From Ruditapes philippinarum (Eukaryota), in assembly GCF_026571515.1 (NCBI RefSeq), contig NW_026863697.1, forward strand, positions 434,001 to 498,000: a stretch of DNA of 64,000 nucleotides. The letters run 5' to 3'. Each line of letters opens with the position of its first letter. Position 1 is the first letter of the stretch. Below are positions 53,882 to 64,000 of this stretch, piece after piece. Both the position numbers and the translations under genes were made by a program. Below the pieces are notes generated by a model. It made no database searches and was not told the DNA's origin. It saw only the letters and a list, made by a program, of their open reading frames with translations.

Positions 53882-55399
53882 GTAAGTGACTAACATACCT
53901 CTTATTGATGCCGTTCTAGTTGGTTTTGCGATTCGTCGGTGAAATAAATTTGTTCTTACGACTGTTTGTGTTTTATTGATGGAACAAGACAGAGATAGAT
54001 ATCTCTTTATGCAGACTTTGTGTTCAGTAATGATTTGAACAAATAAGTACCTGCAAAAATCGATTCGAGAAATGTCAGTTTCCTATGCATAAGGTTTAAA
54101 TATAAGTTTATAAACCTTACATAGTTTCGTCAAATGTCAATATCATATGCATTTGGTTAGGTTCAAACTTAAGTTTATAAACCCTTTGATCTTGGCGCAT
54201 GTAACAGGTTGATCATTTCAAAAATGTCATTATTACTGATATTGCACGATAAAAATACATTGCACTATGCGCCTGTTCGAACAATTCATGCATGTCTAAA
54301 CAGCAAAACTTACCCAGACGTATTGTATTATCGCTGACATTTGCGCCTGAATTTTTTGCATAAATCTGAGAGTTTGTCTTATTCAGAATATACGTTAGAA
54401 AGTGTTCCATAGATTCATTAAACTAAATGGAAATTGTAACAGTGGTAAATGTATTGATGGCAGTGTGAACATTTGAACTTCACTAATCAATTTCCATCCA
54501 TGCACATGGGAATTAATTTCTGTGTATAAATTACTATTACACTAATTGATAAAGTGTTTCTGCTAACGAGGCTGCGATAATTCACCGCACATGAGTACGG
54601 CAAATTAAATGTCACAATTTGCCAATGAATACATTTCATAAAGTATATCAGATGTTAAAATGATTGTATCATTTTAATATACTATAAAACATCATACACC
54701 AAAATACACTATATCGGTCTTCAAGATGATAATTTACATACAATATTGTTTATAGAAATCATCTCCCTATTCACGGTATAATAAATGTTTTAATATTGTT
54801 GATGATGACCATTATTTTAATACATATTATGATGTTATGGTGATAAAACCAAGCACAAAACTAGAGTCATGACTGTCTGTACGCCATTGTGAAAGAAAAC
54901 AGAAATTTAACTTACACGAAATTTCCTGTTATCTTTTGAAATGTTCAATAAAGTGTTTTACAAAAAACGCCAGATTTTTTTTAAGAAAATCCGAACGAAC
55001 ATAATAGACTAGCTTTAAGATTGACAATATTAGGCCTTTGATAAAATCTTTTTTGGAATAAGCTTTGACTTTGTTTTACTGAAAAAAGGAAAATCTAGTG
55101 AATAATGCATCTCGTCACCAAGACTATTAAATTGGCATAACGGGCACTTGCGGAATATATGCCCGAGTCCAGGGAAGCCTATACGATTTAAAGTTTTGTG
55201 TTCGTTTTTTTATTTTTCACACAAACGCAAAGGGCTGTTATCTATATAACGCGTACGCCTTTTATTTTAAGTGTAATGTACGAGTTATGTAGCAATGGCT
55301 ATATATTACAAATTAAATAAGGAAAGCCGGACATTATCGCGAAGCCTTTATTTAATTTTCGTGTAATAGAACAATTATCGAAATTCTGTTTTGTTGCAG

Positions 55400-55513
55400 G
55401 AAAACGACCTCCAGTTGAAACTATATTTAAATTTCTCGAGCGAAACCGTAAATGGATGAAACAGAAGCTATTCAGTGGTGCAGACTTGGAGTTGGTTGCC
55501 CATTCACTTGCAG
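55400..55513 (+). CDS. Prohormone-4-like gene, internal exon
   Basis: ttgcag| ... cag|gtaag, phase 1-1. RKRPPVETIFKFLERNRKWMKQKLFSGADLELVAHSLA; KRPPVE directly after the LDLa domain is typical of prohormone-4. Confidence 0.9.
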
Positions 55514-56167
55514 GTAAGAGTCAAACCTTAATTCATTCTTAACCTGTTTGAAGTAAAAGTAATTGGTCTTTGCCACCAGTACAAAACCAGACTAACGTGC
55601 ATATCAGTGTACAGTCTGTTTAGGCTTTATATGTCCGGTAGCTCAATTGTGGTATTGCTACTGTAACATTGAAATTGGTGAATTTTCAAAACCATTGCAC
55701 AGTTTTCCGATGTTAAGTATTGAAATTAGTTCCCATTTAACCGTTTAAGAAATACAACGTATAGAATAAGGTAATTCAAAGCTTTGCTAAAATGCATCTT
55801 ACAGTATATTAGAACTGTCTTTTTCTAATTTGCTGCCTTGAACGTGCAAACCATGTTTTGTGCTGAAAATTAATTCATGCGCGTACCAAAAAATTTAATA
55901 TACTACTTCTTTTGAATGCAGTAAGATAGATAGATATTCAGTGAAACTCGAAGAAGAAAAAAGGTTTTCGTTGTAATGATAGTTATAATTGTTTTACATA
56001 TACTTAGATAACATTATTTATATTAGATCAAATTTAAGTTATCATGCGTAATGGATTTATACAGCAACCAGGATCGTCGACTTTACTTTTGTTGTAATCT
56101 GTTATTTTGAAAGTTTGCACATTTCACAGACGGGTTATTTATAATATCTTGCCATCGCTAATTTCAG

Positions 56168-56361
56168 TCTCAACAAACTTAGACGATTTATCAATGATGG
56201 TTGGACTCACACCACAATCGGAGAAAAATTTGAGAAATGCATTTATCGGCGTTCTTCAAAACGACATGCGGGCATTGCTGAAACTCGGAATGCCTAAAGG
56301 CGAATGGTACGATACATCCAGCTTGCTGACACAGATTGTGGACGGAGGACTAGAAGTTTAA
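56168..56361 (+). CDS. Prohormone-4-like gene, last coding exon
   Basis: atttcag| acceptor, phase 1. VSTNLDDLSMMVGLTPQSEKNLRNAFIGVLQNDMRALLKLGMPKGEWYDTSSLLTQIVDGGLEV* resembles the prohormone-4 C-terminus. The joined CDS is 588 nt (195 aa), or 624 nt with the microexon. Confidence 0.9.
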
Positions 56362-56531
56362 TACAAATAACACGTGACTTCCGGTTTTAAGAACCCGGAT
56401 TAAAAACCATCAGAAGATAGTATATATTTTGTATAAAAGAGTCTATTAGTGTAATTTTCGACAGCAAATACGTTTAAAATCGCTTAATTTTGAAACATCT
56501 GCTTTCAAACATGAACAATGCCATATTTATG

Positions 56532-56537
56532 AATAAA
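56532..56537 (+). promoter_or_regulatory. Candidate polyadenylation signal of the prohormone-4-like gene
   Basis: AATAAA ~170 nt after the stop codon, followed by GT-rich sequence. Confidence 0.4.
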
Positions 56538-59500
56538 TGTTGTTTGTATATTTGATGTTTAAGTGGTTTATGCGTGTAAATTGTTGTCACGGAGCATGCG
56601 TCATTATATATAATCTTCTATTTATAGGCACAAAAACGTGCCGTTTGAAATCACCCTTTATAATTCGTTGCTTTAGCGTCTAATCAAAATGAAAACAAAG
56701 CAAATCGTCATTTTTATTTAACTTATTTTACCCATTACTACGTCATTTCTTTTACCATCTCGAAAAAAAGAATGATTTTCAGCAAATGCATTCAAACTGT
56801 TCAGAATTACTTCCGACACAAAAAAATATGGAAATCTCAACTGATTACAATGACAGTAAATTGGAAGGCAGCTGTTTTATATATACTTATATATGAAATG
56901 TACATAATAAAATTTTAAAGAAATGACCCGGTATTGATATATTCATACAAACGGAACCTGCGATGTGTAAATTAAACTTATATTACTGAACGATAACAAT
57001 ATAGTTACCTTTAAAACTATGAATCATTTGTTAAAGTCCTAGGTTTCAAGGGAAATATATACAGTCCCATTTCAACATGAAATTGGACTACTTTTGCCTT
57101 GAAATAGCCGTAAATAATGGCAATACTAGTGAAGAAATTGCAACATATGTACAAGACATCAAATAAACACAAGAAAAACATTCCAAAATTGTATTTCAAG
57201 GTTCTATATTCAGATCTAATTTTATCGCAGCCCATGTGACCTTCAGCAAAATAAATATAAAAAAAACATCAAATTTCTAAAGATAAACTTTTACATGACA
57301 TCCATTCATGATGTTTATCCATATTTTTCACATCGTACTGAAAGCTCTCTGTGATTTCATATATTTTGTTAATTGACATACATTTTAATTGTTTTTCTTA
57401 AGTTATTCTTAAAATCTCAAAAAGGTCGTACTATCAAAAGTTATCTAATTTTGTTATGAATTTATAATCGACCGTTATGGCCATTACAAATAATGTTGGT
57501 TATTTTATTTTGTTAATAAATTCTTTTAAATTTTTCATTTATTTAACGAATTAACATTTCATAAAACATTGAGATGTAAATGTCATTGTGCTTAGGGATA
57601 TGCATGAATGTGCATCATAATTGTTTTTTTTTCTGTATATTAGATGTGTTTCATTTGACCATTTAAACGTTTACTGAAAGAGATAATATTTAATTGGCGT
57701 GAAAAGACTATAACTCGCTTATGTTATGTGGTTTTTTTTTGTCTCTGAGAAAATGTGCCCTGTAAATGAATATTTCAACTTCAATTTTCTATAGGTTTTC
57801 TAGAATCGAGTCCTTTCAGGGTGAGAATCTTTATAAACTTTCCATCAAAAAAAATTACAAACTTAGTCTTTAGTGGTAAAACAAAAATAAACAAAATGTC
57901 TTTCTAATTATAATATAAAACAAAATGTAACCAACTGTTACAGGTATTCTGCTATGAACACTTTATCAAAATAATTCTATATAATATTTTTATGAAAACA
58001 TAATTTTAAATAATGTTTTGATTTTAAACGAAAATTCGATGTTGGAGTTTTCAGAATTTGGAGATTTTGCTAAACTCTAGTAGATATTTTGAAAATTTGC
58101 TGATCTGCTTTGAGACGAAGTTTTTAAATCTTTCCCCGGTGTAATACCTAAGAAGAAAATATTCTTTATTTTTTACAGAATACTTTGTCATATGATATAC
58201 TCTTGTGAGCAGTAAATGCATGACGTCATCATATGAATGAATTATAATAACTGTTGTTAGAATACGTCACGTGCATTTTTAATATGTCATCATTCATTTT
58301 TGTTCATCCCAATTGCAGTTTGTCTTAGAAAAGACTTTGTCCCACTTAAGATAAATTGCATGGTATACAGTTAATGTTCTGTTTCGTTGAAATTATTGAT
58401 AAATGTGAAAATTTTGAAGAAGAAAAAAAAACAATTTAAAAAATAACATGCACCAAAAAGACCATTTTCGAAATAACCATCTTTAATCCCAGAAATTTTT
58501 ATGATAAAGTGTTGGTCACTTGTTAACGAAAATTTTATTTTTTTCAATTGAGCAGACTGATCAATAATTAGATAAAACGAAAAGCATCATAAACAATCGT
58601 TTCACTATTACAGTATTTGTAATACGCTACTATCACCAAACATCAGGAATACTCGTATATTCATAATGTTGTTAGTTCTTAATCTGTGTATTTTATCCTT
58701 ACGAAAATTTTATCCTTACGAAAACGTAACCTATATAGTATCAACGTATATAATACATTCTTTTGATAAATTTTGAAAAAAAAATCCAAATTTTCGTACA
58801 AACAATTAAAAATGTAGAGCAATAATAACTATATCTACAAAGTTATTAAGGACATATTTTGAAGAATAGTGGTCAGTCGATCAAAAAATGCATGTTTATT
58901 TGATACATAATGTGGTCACAACATCCGAGGGATGCGACAATATTTTGTAAAGAAACCATAATAAAATTTTAAAATTATACAATTTTGAAAATTCTTCTGA
59001 TATATCACCGGAAGTTGATTTTAATCACCATTACAAGCAATGATAAGGTTTATTTTAATGCATATTGAGTTGTTAGACAAAGATGTTTATCGCTATATTT
59101 AGATTTTAGTACTTTTAAACCATGTTTGAATGATAATTAAGATAATTTTATTGACTAGAATTGTACCTTCTTTTTCTCGTATTATTCTGTTTGGGTCCAG
59201 GTGAGCTGAAATATCTATAAAGAATCTGTTCCACTTTTAAACATCATAATAATTTAATAAAGCAAGTTTAGAGATCGATGGAAAGATTTTGTTTTTATTT
59301 ATTCCAATATCTATGTACAAATGTACACATTTTGTATAAAAGTGCGTATGTCCAATAGGTTGTCTGAACCATTTGAACCAGGAGGTATGCTGCTTTGATA
59401 GTTTTATTCAAAGTAGAAGGATACCGTAAAACGTCGAATCGTCATTTTTATTAAAAAATATTCAGGAAATAAAATGAAACATGTGGGATGAGTTCAGCAG

Positions 59501-59583
59501 TAGACTGTTTTATTTGCATTTTCCACCTTCGGAACAAAATGTTTATCAGTAACTATAAAAGTCAGTACCTTTACCTTATCTTA

Positions 59584-59727
59584 TATTGTGGCTGATTTGT
59601 GCCATGTCGTATTTTCGCTACGCGGGAAGCCAAGTTAAATATGACAGAGAAACCACTTTTTTGTATTTTCGTGTTTTCGTCCGGGGCCGCACGGAGCAAA
59701 AAAATATAGTTCAAATCAGCCACCATA
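59584..59727. mobile_element. Small TIR element (IS3EU-like MITE)
   Basis: 16-bp TIRs TATTGTGGCTGATTTG / CAAATCAGCCACCATA with 1 mismatch; degenerate 6-bp flanks ATCTTA/ATTTAA. Confidence 0.6.
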
Positions 59728-60579
59728 ATTTAACGCTGGGAATAATTATTATTATTATATAGATTGTTTTTACTTCATTTATATGTATTAAATTAAGATG
59801 ATAAAAGGAAAGAAAAAAAACATATATAACAACATAATGTGAACGAATTGTGCTCAATGTCGCAGAACAATGGCCTATAATGTTCTTAAACTTTATTTCT
59901 TGCTTTTAGAAATGATTGTCTGTTAGTGCTTAATAGAAAGTCGCATCACTTAAAGGTCAATGCTCATTTATCTTATTGATTCTATACAATTTTAACACAT
60001 TACAAACGAAGGAGCGACACAGTCAGAAATGTCCACCGTTCAGATAGGTTAATAGCCGTTCAATGACCTGCATGATGTTATATAAATTCGATTCAATAGT
60101 TCAGACTTGTCATAATTGAAACATTTGCCAATTTCCGTGATCTCTTTAAACAATATTTTAGATGAAATGCTACTCATCCATAATATTGAAATGCCCTTAG
60201 TACATTTTGCCATTCGAGCGATACTTTACATTTGATACGTGTGAATCCCTGAGCAAGAATTTGCTTCAGAAAAATAGATAAAACTTATCTTAATCTACAC
60301 TTATATAATCGTATACAAAATGTGCCCATTACAAAAATGATATCCTTTGAAAACAATGAACTATTTTAAATAACAGATGTGAAGAAAAAAATGTGTTCCT
60401 TAAATCAAACACACTTTGATATAATTTAAAACCCAAATATAAAACCGGCAATTGTGCAGGATCATTTTTTAATCGGTGAAAAATACCAGATCTATTCATT
60501 GAGAAATGCATTGCAGTTTTGTTTGCATTAGTCGCACAACCACTGAATGGTCATTTAGACACTCCCAAATTTACAACAT

Positions 60580-60780
60580 AGGGTAGAACTTAGGTGCCTC
60601 TACGTGCATTATTTCAGACACCAGCGGGTACCTAAGAAGAACCATCGATGCCCCGTAAGCAAGCTTGATTGTTTCCGCTCATGAAAATTAATAATCTTTA
60701 GTCCAAGATGGAATTCAAACCTGCGTGAAAGGCAAATGGTTGGAAGTCAAGGACTTAAACCACTCGGCTACAGATGCTCC
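60580..60780 (-). mobile_element. Meta-type SINE relic
   Basis: Reverse-complement match to the 39586/52325 family, including the tRNA head (GAATTCAAACC..CTTAAACCACTCGGC). Confidence 0.68.
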
Positions 60781-61859
60781 TAAAATATAATTCAATGTGA
60801 CATTGTATGGAATATATCTTTTTTCGTTTCACTTGCTGATCATGCGATAGATTGAGCGCCATAAATCAATCAATCAATCAATCATAATGAGTTTACTGTC
60901 ATTGCAGTTCAATGTTTTATCATGCAAAGCATATGTGTTCATTGCCACTATTACATATATACAATGCGGTATAATTTAACACCCCAAGCACATACCTATG
61001 TATTACTTATTAAAAAAGCAAAAAAAAACAGAATCCCTTAAGAACGCCTGAAACGACAAATTGAAAATGTTGCAGGTTTGGTTTGATGTTAGGTACTGGA
61101 AAGTTTAAGTTACCGGCCATGCCTCCCTAAGTAAGTTTTCAACTAAATATACATTAAAACACGATGTACAATAGCTACTGTATCTGCACAATAAAACATA
61201 AGAATGTAAATATATTATAAAAATGTAAATTAAAAATCTTCACAATAAATAAGTTAGTAATATACTTTATTGATTACACCACTTCGTTGACAATTGTCGA
61301 AATAGGATTTGCATTTGTATTAACTTGGCCAGTGTCAACAATACTTGATAACTATTAAGCAGTATCTGTCTTAAAAAAAAAATTAATGCTAAAACGGCAA
61401 TGAAATTCATTATCTATACCATTCATATAACATTTAGTACATATTCTCTGACTTTCAAAATAACATGAAACACTTCAAGTTATATGTCTTAATATATTTT
61501 ACATTATGTATTTTATACTATTAAATTGCATGAAACAAGATAAAACAAGTCTTTGGCGGGGTTGATTCAGTACTATTCAGCGAGTTCAGTAAATCTATAA
61601 TTATGAAATTTAGACGCATTGTACATTTTATTTATCACATAGCATTAAACTACTGAGATAACTAACATATCTATTTGGCCACACTTATAAATATAACAAG
61701 AGCCACCGCCGGGCGGGGGCAACGCTCGACTTTTTACTTTTTCTAAACGCAAACATAGAAAGGTTTGAACATATCTTAATGTTTCCTTTTTATAAATTTA
61801 GTTGGTCTGTCTTGTCACATAAGTTTTGTTTATATATTTTGTATATATATATGAATAGA

Positions 61860-62846
61860 AACATTAAGCAAATTTCTAAAGATAGCAACATTACGCCATT
61901 TCTTAAAATAGCAACATGACGCAATTTCTTAAAATAGCAACATGAAGCAATTTCTAAAAATAGCAACAATGACGAAATTTCTAAAAATAGCAACAATGAT
62001 GCAATTTCTAAAAATAGCAACAATGACGCAGTTTCTAAAAATAGAAAAAATGACGCAATTTCTAAAAATAGCTACAATGACGCAATTTCTATAAATAGAA
62101 ACAATGACGCAATTTCTAAAAATAGCAACAATGACGCAATTTCTAAAAATAGAAAAAAATGACGCAATTTCTAAAAATAGAAAAAAAATGACGCAATTTC
62201 TAAAAATAGCAAGAATGACGCAATTTCTATCAATAGAAACAATGACGCAATTTCTAAAAATAGAAAAAATGACGCAATTTCTAAAAATAGCAACAATGAC
62301 GTAATTTCTAAAAATAGAAAAAATGACGCAATTTCTAAAAATAGCAACAATGACGTAATTTCTAAAAGTAGAAACAATGACGCAATTTCTAAAAAAAGCA
62401 ACAATGACGCAATTTCTAAAAATAGAAAAAATGATGCAATTTCTAAAAATAGAAAAAATGACGCAATTTCTAAAAATAGCAAAAATGACGCAATTTCTAA
62501 AAATAGAAAAAATGACGCAATTTCTAAAAATAGAAAAAATGACGCAATTTCTAAAAATAGCAACAATGATGCAATTTCTAAAAATAGAAAAAATGACGCA
62601 ATTTTTAAAAATAGAAAAAATGACGCAATTTCTAAAAATAGAAACAATGACGCAATTTCTAAAAATAGCAACAATGACGCAATTTCTAAAAATAGAAACA
62701 ATGACGCAATTTCTAAAAATAGAAAGAATGATGCAATTTCTATAAATAGAAAGAATGACGCAATTCTATAAATAGAAACAATGACCCAATTCTATAAATA
62801 GAAACAATGACGCAATTCTATAAATAGAAACAATGACGCAATTCTA
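61860..62846. repeat. 27-bp minisatellite (AATGACGCAATTTCTAAAAATAGMAAM), roughly 35 units
   Basis: Head-to-tail units without spacers; source of the spurious MTQFLKIE.. ORFs. Confidence 0.95.
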
Positions 62847-62939
62847 GTTGTTGTTGTTGTATATATATATATATATAAACACACACACACACACACACAC
62901 CAATAAATATATAATTATGATCATTTAATGCACAAATCT

Positions 62940-63490
62940 GAGAAAATTCAGTAATTTAACCTTCAAGGTCAAGGTCATTAAAGAGCCCAAGCAAATTTGG
63001 GTTTGATAAACAACAAGGTCTGGTCCTTAAGAATGTTCTCTTATAATATGAAGTTGATCCCTTCAATAATAGCAAAGTTACAGTCAGTTACCGCCAAAAC
63101 AATGAAAATTTCAATAATTTGACCTTCAAAGACAATGTCATTAATGAATGAAGGTCAAGGTCTTTCGGTATATTTTTAACAGTAATCTTTGAAGATTATT
63201 ATGTTCAAGTTTCAAGACAATCCATTCAAAAATAACAAAGTTACAGCCAATAAAAGCCAAAAAAATGAAAATTTCAATAATTTGACCTTCAAAGTCAAGG
63301 TCATTTATGAGTGAAGGTCAAGGTCTGGCTGGTTATTTTTAAGGGATATCCTTAAAGATTATTATATTCAAGTTTGAAGACAATCCATTCAAAAATAACA
63401 AAGTTACAGCCAATAACAGCATGAACAAGCAAAAATTGGACTTTTTACCTTGAAGGTCAAGGTCATTTATGGATGAAGGTCAAGGTTAAT
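62940..63490. repeat. ~160-bp tandem repeats inside the HINE-like element
   Basis: GAAAATTTCAATAATTTGACCTTCAAAGTCAAGGTCATT-like motif recurs near 62942, 63104, 63266 and 63445. Confidence 0.8.
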
Positions 63491-64000
63491 GTGGTCTACT
63501 GAAAGGTCTTGTCCCAAGGGTTGTTGTGGCCAAGTATGAAGACAATACACCCAGAAATATAAAAGTTATGATCCAGGTACAAGTTTGCGGACGGCAACGG
63601 CAACGGCAACGACAATGGCAACGTCAACGGCAACGGCAACGGGAACGCCGACCTGACTATAACAATACCTCTACTTTTTTTTTCAAAAAAAAAAAAAAAA
63701 AAAAGTCGAGCTAAAAACGAAACGCGGTTAATCATTTTTTCTTTTAATCAGGGACATTACAATAGTCCCGTAATAAACAATTTATTCAATATTGATGTTT
63801 GAATATATCTAATGGTATTAATAACAATTTCTCATGTTTACTACATCCATCAAATATATCTGAAAATATAACACCCCAGGAATACATTTCACTTGAAGCA
63901 GCTCATTTGCATATTACCTGCAAATTATTTGCATATTACCTGCACGTGCCATGACATTAGAGACAGAAAAGCAGCAAGGTATGTAATGAACATTATTTCA

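Larger units (their letters stand above)
61696..63715 (-). mobile_element. Helentron-associated non-autonomous element (HINE / pearl-like)
   Basis: Subterminal inverted repeats GCTCGACTTTTT (61724-61735) and AAAAAGTCGAGC (63700-63711). GC hairpin at 61702-61720 next to AACAAGAG. (GGCAAC)n microsatellite near the other end. Internal ~160-bp tandem repeats with TGACCTT/AAGGTCA motifs. Confidence 0.82.

Noticed and set aside
61790-62745. Repetitive ORFs (MTQFLKIE.., LFLEIAS..) and possible CRISPR-like array
   Set aside because: Head-to-tail 27-bp minisatellite with no unique spacers and no cas genes; the ORFs arise from a stop-free unit of 9 codons.
63496-63735. QR-repeat and LP-repeat ORFs
   Set aside because: Translation of the (GGCAAC)n microsatellite and A/T runs inside the HINE-like element.

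Overview
AT-rich eukaryotic genomic DNA with one assembly gap (9277-9699). The repeat families (CORE-, Meta- and Nin-type SINEs, a pearl/HINE-like element) suggest a bivalve mollusc; this is inference. One spliced host gene can be rebuilt by hand on the + strand: a prohormone-4 / IDLSRF-like neuropeptide precursor with signal peptide, VDLSRL peptide, KR site, LDLa domain and helical C-terminus. Its coding exons are 24758-24905, 53750-53881, 55400-55513 and 56168-56361, with a ~28.8 kb intron and a possible 36-nt microexon at 53645-53680. The only long ORF (18310-20358) is a young 5'-truncated L1/Tx1-type LINE with poly(A) and a 12-bp TSD, fused in frame to a flanking ATG. Other elements: a decayed ISL2EU/Harbinger-type THAP-DDE transposon with intact ends (2684-4880), five copies of a palindrome-of-palindromes MITE, a Helentron-associated element carrying a ~1 kb 27-bp minisatellite, many SINE relics, and two tiny palindromic insertions that look like P-element excision footprints. 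No CRISPR array, rRNA or intact tRNA was seen. I found no clearly new biological system. All family assignments rest on motif recognition without database searches.
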